From Ranitomeya imitator (lineage: Eukaryota): a stretch of DNA of 64,000 nt. Position numbers and translations under genes: made by a program. The DNA lies in NCBI RefSeq assembly GCF_032444005.1, contig NC_091289.1, positions 34,100,001 through 34,164,000 on the forward strand. The letters run 5' to 3'. Under the pieces are notes generated by a model. The model ran no database searches, was not told the DNA's origin, and saw only the letters and a program-made list of their open reading frames with translations. Below, in pieces: positions 36,004 to 47,685 of the stretch (its first letter is position 1; every line of letters begins with the position of its first letter).

Positions 36004-38014
36004 AATGCACAGAGGGCAAGAGTTCTAATGAAATCACATCGACTTTTCTTGAACTGTTACACAAAGCAAATTTTACGCACAAAAAAACAGTGGAGAAAGA
36101 AATATAGCATTTACTCCATGCCGACACGTTGGAATTTGATTTTTTTGCTTTGAGCAATTGCTCAACCCTTCCCTTCTAGACCCTTTTTAAATCCCTTCGA
36201 AACTTAAAAACAGAATATTTAGCTGCTTGAATAGCAACGTAACTAGTCGCTATCTAAATTAGTACTGTATAAATGCTGGAGTGGCAGTGTTGTGATCTAA
36301 TATTACAGTAAAAAAAGCTTGTTTCAACTCCAACTACCTTTTAATGGATATCAATTATTCATAAATGATGTCCTGTCTAGCGTATTCTCAATCCCAGAAG
36401 AGCTGGTACAACTGTAACTCAGCAAAACTAACAGCACATTAAACACAAAGATAATCTTCTCTCCATATATTGAAAAAAAATCTTTACCGGGAATGCTCTG
36501 AAGAGGAGTATGTAGAAATGTTTGACACTGGCAATTCCAAAGATTCAGATATTCAGATGTCATCCAAATATGGCTCAAAAAAGGATCAAACAAGACTTTA
36601 AACAAAGTCGATAAATAACATAGACACCTATAACAAAAAAGTCACTTTAGCCTGGTCAAAACTAAAGAACAGCAAGTTCTATGGGCTACAATAATGTCGT
36701 TTTAGTTTCAATAATGAAAAATCTATGAACATAGGCATCATATACAAAATATGTTGGGGTCTTCCTTTTGTCTTCTTTCTATTTGCAATTGAAAAAATTA
36801 AGAAAAGAAAAATCTAAGACATTTAGTAATATCCCAAAAGCAACAACCAAAACTAAATATTCTGAAATGAGGGATAAACAGGGATAAAGGTCAACGAGGA
36901 GTTTGAGTAGGAAGCAGGATTGACACTGGAATTAGTTTTTTAGTCTTTGCCTGTTTTTTTTTTTTTGCTCATGTATGTGTAAAACAACATTCATAATGGG
37001 GTATTCTCATTTGATGCTGAGTTCATGTTGTTTTTTGAGGCTTCCAATGGAGGTTTAGGAGTGATAGGAGTTCACCTATTGAGGTGGATTCGCTAAGCCC
37101 TACGTCATGGTTAGCAGCATGGACCACAGGCGATTTGGTAGCGTAACACGTCTTGACAGTTGACAGGTGGATGTCCAAGAACCTGGATAGTAGGGTGTGC
37201 CACACAAGCAAGCAGAGCAGAATGTCAGCCAAACAAACAGAGAAGGTAGCACGGAAGAAGCAATGCCAGGTGTGTGGATACTCACAAGAACAGATACTGA
37301 TATCTTTCAGCAGGCATGCAGCTAACCACAGGAACATAGTATAATTTCTACCAGCAGGGCAGTGGTTAATTATAGATATAACAGACAAGTAATTTCTGTT
37401 TGGTACCCATCAGCAAGGCAATGGTTAATTTAGCGTTTTGTAAGCTCCACGGTTCATTTTTGCCACTGGATCCCAATGGAACAACTGTCAAAGCGGATGA
37501 AGCTGCTGTAAGGTGAATATAACACAGGAGTTGGGTGAGCTGCATGACCATTGTCAGCAAATTGGATTCTACCAGGCACCAAAAGCATTTTAATTAAATT
37601 TCAGAATACAGTGTATGCAAGCGAGGGCCTGTATTGCGGTCAGTCTTTCAGGCCTGAAACCCATGTCAGGAACATGTACAAGCCTCATTTAACTTGGAAG
37701 CAGCCTCCTCAAGGGAAATAGCCAGGAGTGCCATTGACTAATCTGCACAAGCCTACGCATTTTCTATTGGTTTAATAAATAGCGTATCTTTATCTAGCAG
37801 TTGTGTGACTGGCGCAAAGCCTGCAGAGATAGGCAAACTTCACTATTTAACTCTAATTTTCGTGAGTCTGCTGTTGCATGTGTAATAAAGCTGATATCTT
37901 AAAAAAAATTGCCACACATTGCTCGATATAATGAATTTGTGCATAAAACCTCTTAGGGTACATGTCAAAAATAAAGCCAGGATTTTTTTTTTTCATAAAC
38001 ATAAAGCATTCATT

Positions 38015-38910
38015 ATGAGAAAGGGTGACATTAAGGGATGTGGATGTGGGTGTGCCAACCAAGGCCATGTTACAAATCAGAAGGTGACTGGGTCTCGTTC
38101 TAGCTTCCTGTCAAAATGTAGTCAGCGTGGTTCACCACTGATGAACCCAGACAATTGCCAAGATGTTTTGGGTTGGATGGCAGACAAAGGCTCCAGTGTA
38201 TTAATAAGCAGCATCACGAAGTCTTCCACACAGTCTAGTCTCAGTAGCCAAGAGGTTTGCTCTCTGAATCCTCAACCTGGTCCTCCTTCCTCCCACCATC
38301 AAGGAGACATCTGATTCCAATGCTGGCCACTGTGAGGAACTGTTTACATTCATATATAGTAAAGAGAAAGCCAGCTCACCTAGTACTTGAAGTCCAGCTT
38401 GCGCGGAACTAGGTGGATCCACACCAGATAATATGCTCAAGGAAAAAACAGTTGTTGTTCCAGCGTCAGGTAAAATAGTTCTTTCTTTATTTTAAGTCCA
38501 TTAAAGTCCATTAAAAATATGCAAAAATTACTAAGGTTGCATAGACGGGGCAAGGGAGCAAGACGCGTTTCGAATGCTCACTTGCGTTCTTTATCACAGG
38601 TGTGAACAACATTTCTTTCCTTGAACTGTTTACATTCCCTTGTAATTTTTCAGGCCTCTCAATGTGCACCATTAAAAAGATTCATGAGGAGGTGGAGTGC
38701 AGTGATGCCCAAACATTTGAGCACCCACGACCAGGTAAAAGTCACATAGGGGAACGTCAATGCATGTCTGAAGAGGTGGAGGATGATCAAGACGCAGAAT
38801 TGCTATGAAGTCAGCCTAAAATCAGAAGTCAGGAGGAGGATCAGATTGAGGAATTGGAAGATGACGTGGTCGATGATGAGGCCAGTGATCCAACCTGGCA
38901 TGGTGGCATG
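38015..38910 (+). pseudogene. Relic 5' part of an older related hAT transposase
   Basis: MRKGDIKGCGCG ~ MRKSSGRGRGRG; NPDNCQDVLGWMADKGSS ~ KPEQQEQVLAYLADSASS; EELF ~ MELF; VVDDEASDPTW (ends ~38898) ~ LLDDPVLDPDW of the 43641 protein. Has stops and insertions. Confidence 0.7.
38558..38600 (-). ncRNA. Degenerate Penelope-type minimal hammerhead remnant inside the hAT relic
   Basis: Minus strand GTGATAAA-GAACGC-AAGTGA-GCATTC-GAAACGCGTC: stem II and the palindromic GAAACGCGUC signature are present; core and stem I are damaged. Confidence 0.35.
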
Positions 38911-39009
38911 CCAAACAAGCACAGCAGTGCAGACAGGGATAGATTTGTAGCACAAAAGATTTTTAAAAACATACCCTGACTTGCCGGACCTACTTGCCAA
39001 GGTATGGCG

Positions 39010-39462
39010 TGTCAGCGCACAAGGGAGGGGATAATTAATGAGCGACTTTCACACGTCAATACACACACGTTTACAAGTGTACACTAGTGCATGGCCGAGC
39101 GGCCATGCAAATCTTTTATAGCGGCAGTGCTACAAGACCTTCCAGATGGTCCAATAGGAGCCGCAACAGGACCTGAGCATGTGACCCCGGACCTCCAATG
39201 GGAGGTCGTCCCGTGGGCATGCTCAGTAAGGGAAAAGCAGGACTTAGTCCCAGAAAGACCTGTTTGCTGATGAACATTGCTGGCTACAAGGACTGAGCCT
39301 GGAAGGGCAGTAGTAACCAGTCATCCAGTATCAGCCTGAGCTTGACGCTGGGACCGACGTCTCCGCTGAGCAGACTCTACTGTGGCTGGAGAAGAATGGG
39401 AGACCTCAGCGGAGATGGTTCAAGATTCCCCCTGTGCAGAGGCGGGAACTTGACACCTAACA
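39010..39462 (-). mobile_element. Truncated LTR (U3 + R) of a sister subfamily of the 7091-13382 element
   Basis: Shares GAGCGACTTTCAC, GCATGGCC..GGCCATGC, GAGCATGTGACC and AGATTCCCCCTGTGCAGAGGC; ends CCTAACA at 39462; lacks the U3 duplication. Confidence 0.85.
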
Positions 39463-39684
39463 CAATTTAAGCCTAGTTTTAAGAATTCTAATAAAATATA
39501 AATATTTTCTATGATTTAGGTTTCTTTACCATTCATTCTACTTTATTGAGGTCCTCATGATCCATTTTATTTTAGAGTGACCTTTTATAGTTGCCATAGT
39601 GGCCACCCTACGATACATCTGTGCAATAATCATGTGTCTAATCAGTATCTGTAAGGTGGATGGATTTTCTCAGCAAACGAGAAA

Positions 39685-40082
39685 AGCTCACTAGCACAGA
39701 TTAGGAGAAGAGCTCACTAACACAGATTAGGAGAAGAGCTCACTAGCACAGATTAGGAGAAGAGCTCACTAACACAGATTAGGATAAGAGCTCACTAGCA
39801 CAGATTAGGAGAAGAGCTCACTAATACAGATTAGGAGAAGAGCTCACTAACACAGATTAGGAGAGGAGCTCACTAACACAGATTAGGAGAAGAGCTCACT
39901 AACACAGATTAGGAGAAGAGCTCACTAACACAGATTAGGAGAAGAGCTCACTAGCACAGATTAGGAGAAGAGTTTACTAACACAGATTAGGAGAGGAGCA
40001 CACTAGCACAGATTAGGAGAAGAGCTCACTAACAGATTAGGAGAGGAGCTCACTAACACAGATTAGGAGAAGAGCTCACTAA
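39685..40082. repeat. 26-bp minisatellite, left part (split by the hAT insertion)
   Basis: Unit CTCACTAACACAGATTAGGAGAAGAG; period 26 (39841 to 39867). Confidence 0.93.
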
Positions 40083-40245
40083 TAGGGTTGAGCGAAACGG
40101 GTCGAACATTTTCAAAAGTCGCCGACTTTTGGCTAAGTCGGGGTTTCATGAAACCCGATCCGACCCCTGTGCGTGGTCGGCCATGCGGTACGCGACTTTC
40201 GCGCCAAAGTCGCGTTTCAATGACGCGAAAAGCGCCATTTCTCAG

Positions 40246-40390
40246 CCAATGAAGGTAAACGCAGAGTGTGGGCAGCGTGATGACATAGGTCCTGGTCCCC
40301 ACCATCTTAGAGAAGGGCATTGCAGTGATTGGCTTGCTGTCTGCGACGTCACAGGGGCTATAAAGAGGCGTTCCCGCCGACCGCCATCTT
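40246..40390 (+). promoter_or_regulatory. Candidate transposase promoter
   Basis: CCAAT 40246, inverted CCAAT 40328, CRE-like CGACGTCA 40344, TATAAA 40359, YY1-like CGCCATCTT 40382, in a CpG-rich patch. Motif-based only. Confidence 0.55.
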
Positions 40391-40889
40391 ACTGCTGCTG
40401 ATCTGAGCTTAGGGAGAGGTTGCTGCCGCTTTGTCAGAAGCAGGGATAGCGTTAGGCAGGGTCCATTAACCACAAAACCGCTTGTGCTGCAGCGATTTGC
40501 ACTGTCCAACACCACCCTCGGTGTGCAGGGACAGTGGAATTTTTTTTTTTTTTTTTTTTCCCCTCAGCGCTGTAGCTCATTGGGCTGCCCTAGAAGGCTC
40601 CCTGATAGCTGCATTGCTGTGTGTACGCCGCTGTGCAAACCAACTGCTTTTTTCAAAGCACAAATCCTCTTGTTCCTTCCTTTCTGCACAGCTATCTTTT
40701 TTGTTTGTCCACACTTTTTATTTCATTTGTGCATCAGTCCACTCCTTATTGCTGCCTGCCATACCTGGCTGAGATTACTGCAGGCAGGGAGATAGTAGCT
40801 GCCTGCCATACCTGGCTGAGATTACTGCAGGCAGGGAGATAGTAATTGTAGGACATTCCCTGTTTTTTTTTTTTTTTTTTTTTTGGTGG

Positions 40890-42215
40890 GAGATTAAGAT
40901 TGGCAATTTGGCATTTCTGCTAGAGTGCCATCCCTGTGTGTGCCATCTCTCTCACATAGTGGGCCATAGAAAGCCTTTTCATTTTTCTGTATTTTTTTTT
41001 GTGGGGTGTATAAATTCTCCCTGATAAAAATACAGTGGGAGATTAATATTGGCCTTTGGGCTTGTGTGCCAGTCCTGAGTGTGCCATCTCTCTCACAAAT
41101 AGTGGGCCATAGAAAGCCTATTTATTTTTTTTTTTGGTTTTATAAATTCTCCCTGAAAAAAAGGGAGATTAATATTGGCCTCTGGGCTTGTGTGCCAGTC
41201 CTGAGCGTGCCATCTGTGCCAGCCCTGAGCGTGCCATCTCTCTCAGAAATAGTGGGCCATAGAAAGCCTATTTAATTTTTTTTTTTGTTTTATAAATTTT
41301 CCCTGAAAAAAGGGAGATTAATATTGGCCTCTGGGCTTGTGTGCCAGTTGTGAGCGTGCCATCTGTGCCAGTCCTGAGCGTGCCATCTCTCTCACAAATA
41401 GTGGGCCATAGAAAGCCTATTTAAATATTTTTTTGGTTTTATAAATTCTCCCAGAAAAAAAGGGAGATTAATATTGGCCTCTGGGCTTGTGTGCCAGTCC
41501 TGAGCGTGCCATCTGTGCCAGCCAGCCCTGAGCGTGCCATCTCTCTCACAAATAGTGGGCCATAGAAAGCCTATTTAATTTTTTTTTTTGTTTTATAAAT
41601 TTTCCCTGAAAAAAGGGAGATTAATATTGGCCTCTGGGCTTGTGTGCCAGTTGTGAGCGTGCCATCTGTGCCAGTCCTGAGCGTGCCATCTCTCTCACAA
41701 ATAGTGGGCCATAGAAAGCCTATTTAAATATTTTTTTGGTTTTATAAATTCTCCCAGAAAAAAAGGGAGATTAATATTGGCCTCTGGGCTTCTGTGCCAG
41801 TCCTGAGCGTGCCATCTGTGCCAGTCCTGAGCGTCCCATCTCTCTCACAAATAGTGGGCCATAGAAAGCCTATTTTATTTTTTTTTTGGGTTTCAGAAAT
41901 TCTCCCTGGAAAAAAAAAGGGAGATTAATATTGCCCTTTGGGCTTGTGTGCCAGTACTAAGCGTTCCATCTCTCTCTCTCTCTCAGTCAGTGGGCCATAG
42001 AACGCATATTTTTGGTTTTATTTGTTTTCTAAATTCTCCCTGAAAAAATCATTTTATTTTATTTGGTTTCTAAATTCTTCCTGATAAAATCATATTTTTT
42101 TTATTATTTTTTTTTCTAAAGTCTCCCTGAAAAAAAAAAAAAAAAAACAACCAAAAAAACAGTGGGAGATTAATATTGGCCTTTCTGCTTGTGTGCCAGT
42201 CTTGACTCCTGGGTG

Positions 42216-42260
<45 letters not shown>

Positions 42261-43440
42261 ATTGTGGTCCATAGAAAGCCTATATTTTTTTTCCTTGATT
42301 TGGGTTCTAAAATCTACCAGAGAAAATAACTACATCAATCATTGGTAGAAAAATATTGGCCTCTGGGTTTGTGTGCCACTCCTGACTCCTGTGTGCGTCA
42401 TCTCTCAGTCAGTGGGCCATAGAACGCCTATTTTTGGTTTTATTTGTTTTCTAAATTCTCCCTGAAAAAATTATTTTATTTTATTTGGTTTCTAAATTCT
42501 TCCTGATAAAATCATATTTTTTTTATTATTTTTTTTTCTAAAGTCTCCCTGAAAAAAAAAAAAAAAAACAGTGGGAGATTAATATTGGCCTTTCTGCTTG
42601 TGTGCCAGTCTTGACTCCTGGGTGCGTCATCTCTCAGTCAGTGGGCCATAGAACGCCTATTTTTGGTTTTATTTGTTTTATAAATTCTCCCTGAAAAAAT
42701 CATTTTATTTTATTTGGTTTCTAAATTCTTCCTGATAAAATCATATTTTTTTTATTATTTTTTTTTCTAAAGTCTCCCTGAAAAAAAAAAAAAAAAAACA
42801 ACCAAAAAAAACAGTGGGAGATTAATATTGGCCTTTCTGCTTGTGTGCCAGTCTTGACTCCTGGGTGCGTCATCTCTCAGTCAGTGGGCCATAGAACGCC
42901 TATTTTTGGTTTTATTTGTTTTATAAATTCTCCCTGAAAAAATCATTTTATTTTATTTGGTTTCTAAATTCTTCCTGATAAAATCATATTTTTTTTATTA
43001 TTTTTTTTTCTAAAGTCTCCCTGAAAAAAAAAAAAAAAAAAACAACCAAAAAAAACAGTGGGAGATTAATATTGGCCTTTCTGCTTGTGTGCCAGTCTTG
43101 ACTCCTGGGTGTGCCATCTCTCTCTCTCTCTCTCTCCAATTGTGGTCCATAGAAAGCCTACATTTTTTTTCCTTGATTTGGGTTCCAAAATCTACCAGAG
43201 AAAATAACTCCATCAATCATTGGTAGAAAAATATTGGCCTCTGGGCTTGTGTGCCACTCCTGATTCCTGTGTGCGTCATCTCTCACTCAGTGGCCCATAG
43301 AAAGCATATAGTTTGTTACATTTGTTTTCTAAATTCTCCCTGCAAAAATCTATTTTTTTTTTTTTGGGGGGTTTCTAAAGTGTTCCTGAAAAAAATAAAA
43401 ATAAAAAAAAAATAATAGTGTGACATTAATATTAACATTT
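40890..43440. repeat. hAT 5' subterminal array (~125-250-bp units)
   Basis: Recurrent GGGAGATTAATATTGGCCT..GCTTGTGTGCCAGT and GTGGGCCATAGAA(A/C)GCCTA modules with poly-T/A linkers and (CT)n. Confidence 0.9.
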
Positions 43441-43640
43441 GTGCTTCAGTGACAGTCCTGCGTGTGGGGCATCTCTCTAATTTGCAGCCACCAAAAAAAG
43501 AGTGTGTAACATTGGGCCTGATTTTCGCTGTGGTCTCACCAACCTGTAAAGGGGTAGCTAAATCATACTGAAGTTATAGCTCACCGTGTAAGTTGTGTGA
43601 CTGCAACAAATAACGTTAGTTTGGTTACGTTTTTAAAACA

Positions 43641-46600
43641 ATGAGGAAGTCTAGTGGAAGAGGTCGTGGCCGGGGGCGTTCATTGTCAGCTGGTAATGAG
43701 GGTAGTGGTAGTGGTGGAGCATCAGGTGGTCGTGGGGGAAAAAATATTGCACCTAAGTCTGGAGCTGTGGAGCCAGGTTCGTCGTCCGGCTACACAAGGC
43801 CTCGAACGCTCCCTTTTCTGGGATTAGGAAAACCGCTTTTAAAGCCGGAGCAGCAAGAGCAAGTTTTGGCTTATCTTGCTGACTCAGCCTCTAGCTCTTT
43901 TGCCTCATCTCGTGAAACTGGTAAAAGTAAAAGCAGCGCGTCGTTAGTGGATGTTCACGGTCAGGGACAAGTCACTTCCTTGTCCTCTTCAGCAAAAACA
44001 ACAACAGAGAAGAATGCAGCAGGCGACACAACGGGTTACTCCATGGAGCTCTTTACACATACCGTCCCTGGCTTAGAAAGTGAAGCAGTTAACAGTCCAT
44101 GCCCATTACAAATTGAATCTGACATGGAGTGCACTGACGCACAGCCACAGCCAGACTACTATGCTGGTCCTTTGACTCAGACCACAACATTGCCCTCGCA
44201 GGGTGCTGATCAAGAATCAGACCCTGATGAGACTATGTTGCCCCATCACGAACGCTATACCACCGAACGACACGGTGACACAGACGAAGTTGCGCAGGAG
44301 GTACAAGAAGAGTTATTAGATGACCCAGTTCTTGACCCCGATTGGCAGCCATTGGGGGAACAGGGTGCAGGCGGCAGCAGTTCTGAAGCAGAGGAGGAGG
44401 AGGGGCCGCAGCAGGCATCAACATCGCCACAGGTTCCATCTGCCGGGCCCGTATCTTGCCCAAAACGCGTGGCAAAGCCAAAACCTGGTGGAGGACAGCG
44501 TGGCCATCCGGTTAAAGCTCAGTCTGCAATGCCTGAAAAGGTATCCGATGCTAGAAAGAGTGCAGTCTGGCATTTTTTTAAACAACATCCAATTGATCAG
44601 CGCAAAGTCATCTGTCAAAAATGTTCTACTTCCTTAAGCAGAGGTCAGAATCTGAAAAGTCTCAATACTAGTTGCATGCATAGACATTTAACCACCATGC
44701 ATTTGAAAGCTTGGACTAACTACCAAACGTCCCTTAAGGTTGTTGCACCCTCGGCCAATGAAGCTAGTCATCAACGCAACATCCCTTCCGGCAGTGTAGG
44801 ACCACCATTTAGCGCACCACCTGCTGTATCTGTGCAGGTATCTTTGCCAGGCCAAAGCAGTCAGGGTCAGGGAATCACCAGTTTCGTAGTAGGAAACACT
44901 GCATCTAGGGCACCGGCGGCAACAATACCATCTCCCACCGTCTCTCAGTCTGCCATGTCCACCGGCACCCCCGCTAGTTCCACGATCTCCAGCTCTCCAG
45001 TCCAGCTCACCCTACATGAGACTATGGTTAGAAAAAGGAAATACTTAGCCTCGCATCCGCGTACACAGGGTTTGAACGCCCACATAGCTAGACTAATCTC
45101 GTTAGAGATGATGCCCTACCGGTTAGTTGAAAGCGAAGCTTTCAAAGACCTGATGGACTACGCTGTACCACGCTACGAGCTACCCAGTCGACACTTTTTT
45201 TCCAGAAAAGCCATCCCAGCCCTCCACCAGCATGTTAAAGAGCGCATCGTCCATGCACTCAGGCAATCTGTGAGCACAAAGGTGCACCTGACAACAGATG
45301 CATGGACCAGTAGGCATGGCCAGGGACGTTACGTGTCCATCACGGCACACTGGGTAAATGTGGTGGATTCAGGGTCCACAGGGGACAGCAAGTTTGGGAC
45401 AGTTCTGCCTAGCCCACGGTCTAGTAAACAGTTGTCTGTAGCCGTTCGCACCCCCTCCTCCTCCTCCTCCTCGTCCTCCTGCAGAAGCAAGAGCTCGTCC
45501 ACAGACCGCAGTCGCACAAACACTCCATCCGCACCTGCCACTGTTGCACACCAGGTCTCCCATTATGGGGCAGCTACTGGCATACGTCAGCAGGCTGTAT
45601 TGGCTATGAAGTGTTTGGGCGACAATAGACACACCGCGGAAGTTCTGTCCGAGTTCTTGCAGCAAGAAACGCAGTCGTGGCTGGGCACTGTAGATCTTGA
45701 GGCAGGCAAGGTAGTGAGTGATAACGGAAGGAATTTCATGGCTGCCATCTCCCTTTCCCAACTGAAACACATTCCTTGCCTGGCTCACACCTTAAACCTG
45801 GTGGTGCAGTGCTTCCTGAAAAGTTATCCGGGGTTATCCGACCTGCTCCTCAAAGTGCGTGGACTTTGCGCACATATCCGCCGTTCGCCTGTACACTCCA
45901 GCCGTATGCAGACCTATCAGCGTTCTTTGAACCTTCCCCAGCATCGCCTAATCATAGACGTTGCAACAAGGTGGAACTCAACACTGCACATGCTTCAGAG
46001 ACTGTGCGAACAGAGGCGGGCTGTTATGTTTTTGTGGGAGGATACACATACACGGGCAGGCAGTAGGATGGCAGACATGGAGTTGTCAGGTGTGCAGTGG
46101 TCGAAGATTCAAGACATGTGTCAAGTCCTTCAGTGTTTTGAGGAATGCACACGGCTGGTTAGTGCAGACAACGCCATAATAAGCATGAGCATCCCCCTAA
46201 TGCGTCTGCTGATGCAAAGTTTGACGCACATAAAGGATCAGGCGTCTGCACCAGAGGAAGAGGAAAGCCTTGATGACAGTCAGCGATTGTCTGGTCAGGG
46301 CAGTGTACATGACGAGGTACCGGGCGAAGAGGAGGTGGAGGATGAGGAGGATGATGGGGATGAGTATATTTTTAATGAGGAAGCTTTCCCGGGGGCACGG
46401 GAAATTGGTGGCGTGGCAAGGCCGGGTTCTGGTTTTTTGAGGGACACAAGTGACGTAGATTTGCCTGCAACTGCCCCTCAACCAAGCACAACCGCAGATT
46501 TGACAACGGGAACTTTGGCCCACATGGCGGATTATGCCTTGCGTATCCTCAAAAGGGACACACGCATTACAAAAATGATGAACGATGACGATTACTGGTT

Positions 46601-47216
46601 GGCCTGCCTCCTTGATCCTCGCTATAAAGGCAAATTGCAAAATATTATGCCACATGAGAACTTGGAACTAATATTAGCAACAAAACAATCAACTCTTGTT
46701 GACCGTTTGCTTCTGGCATTCCCTGCACACAGCGCCCGTGATCGTTCTCACACGAGCTCCAGGGGCCAGCAGACCAGAGGTGTTAGAGGGGCAGAAATCA
46801 GAAGTGGCGTTGGACAGAGGGGTTTTCTGACCAGGTTGTGGAGTGATTTTTCTATGACCGCAGACAGGACAGGTACTGCAGCATCAATTCAAAGTGACAG
46901 GAGACAACATTTGTCCAGTATGGTTACAAACTATTTTTCATCCCTTATCGACGTTCTCCCTCAACCGTCATTCCCATTTGATTACTGGGCATCCAAATTA
47001 GACACCTGGCCAGAATTGGCAGAATATGCATTGCAGGAGCTTGCTTGCCCGGCAGCTAGTGTCCTATCAGAAAGAGTATTCAGTGCTGCAGGTTCAATAC
47101 TAACAGAAAAAAGGACTCGTCTGGCTACCCAAAATGTAGATGATCTAACCTTCATTAAAATGAACCACAACTGGATTTCAAAATCTTTTGCCCCACCCTG
47201 CCCGGCTGACACCTAG
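43641..47216 (+). CDS. hAT transposase, 1191 aa, uninterrupted
   Basis: BED finger (SAVWHFF..VICQKC..MHRHLTTMH), LTTDAWTS (D), VSDNGRNF (D), CLAH (CxxH), TRWNS, C-terminal ACPAASVLSERVFSAAG (E; hATC dimerisation region). Confidence 0.96.
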   Translation: MRKSSGRGRGRGRSLSAGNEGSGSGGASGGRGGKNIAPKSGAVEPGSSSGYTRPRTLPFLGLGKPLLKPEQQEQVLAYLADSASSSFASSRETGKSKSSASLVDVHGQGQVTSLSSSAKTTTEKNAAGDTTGYSMELFTHTVPGLESEAVNSPCPLQIESDMECTDAQPQPDYYAGPLTQTTTLPSQGADQESDPDETMLPHHERYTTERHGDTDEVAQEVQEELLDDPVLDPDWQPLGEQGAGGSSSEAEEEEGPQQASTSPQVPSAGPVSCPKRVAKPKPGGGQRGHPVKAQSAMPEKVSDARKSAVWHFFKQHPIDQRKVICQKCSTSLSRGQNLKSLNTSCMHRHLTTMHLKAWTNYQTSLKVVAPSANEASHQRNIPSGSVGPPFSAPPAVSVQVSLPGQSSQGQGITSFVVGNTASRAPAATIPSPTVSQSAMSTGTPASSTISSSPVQLTLHETMVRKRKYLASHPRTQGLNAHIARLISLEMMPYRLVESEAFKDLMDYAVPRYELPSRHFFSRKAIPALHQHVKERIVHALRQSVSTKVHLTTDAWTSRHGQGRYVSITAHWVNVVDSGSTGDSKFGTVLPSPRSSKQLSVAVRTPSSSSSSSSCRSKSSSTDRSRTNTPSAPATVAHQVSHYGAATGIRQQAVLAMKCLGDNRHTAEVLSEFLQQETQSWLGTVDLEAGKVVSDNGRNFMAAISLSQLKHIPCLAHTLNLVVQCFLKSYPGLSDLLLKVRGLCAHIRRSPVHSSRMQTYQRSLNLPQHRLIIDVATRWNSTLHMLQRLCEQRRAVMFLWEDTHTRAGSRMADMELSGVQWSKIQDMCQVLQCFEECTRLVSADNAIISMSIPLMRLLMQSLTHIKDQASAPEEEESLDDSQRLSGQGSVHDEVPGEEEVEDEEDDGDEYIFNEEAFPGAREIGGVARPGSGFLRDTSDVDLPATAPQPSTTADLTTGTLAHMADYALRILKRDTRITKMMNDDDYWLACLLDPRYKGKLQNIMPHENLELILATKQSTLVDRLLLAFPAHSARDRSHTSSRGQQTRGVRGAEIRSGVGQRGFLTRLWSDFSMTADRTGTAASIQSDRRQHLSSMVTNYFSSLIDVLPQPSFPFDYWASKLDTWPELAEYALQELACPAASVLSERVFSAAGSILTEKRTRLATQNVDDLTFIKMNHNWISKSFAPPCPADT

Positions 47217-47685
47217 CTTTCCTATGAAAAGGTCTTGCCTGTGGACTATTCTGAATGACTTTTCCAATCTCGTAATTTTCTTCACCTGATTGTCCAGCAT
47301 ACGACATGTTTCCACCTCACGAAATGGCCAAACTCCCCACACGGGGCCGTGCTATCGCCACTTTGCGCTTGGACCCTTGAGAGTGCTGTTTGTCTGAAGA
47401 GGTGGGTGTGGCCGCTTTTGGTCGACGGCACTGCCACTGGGTCCCTCATAGTACAATAAAGTGTCTCTGGCGGTGGTGGTGCGCACCCAACGTCAGACAC
47501 ACCGTTGTAATATGAGGGGCCCTGTGCCTGTACCGCCGGCCACAAGACAGTTCCCCCCCCCAGCTCAAACAGTGCTCTACCACTAGCAAAATTATCTCTC
47601 ACAGCTTCACCAATGTGTAGTCTAGCCGCTGACATCCTTCAATGCCTGGCACTGACAATACCATTGTTTTGACATTTTTGTTATG

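Noticed and set aside
37130-37344. HVLTVDRWMSK as a hAT catalytic motif; RKKQCQVC as a piggyBac CRD
   Set aside because: Short matches with no supporting neighbouring motifs.
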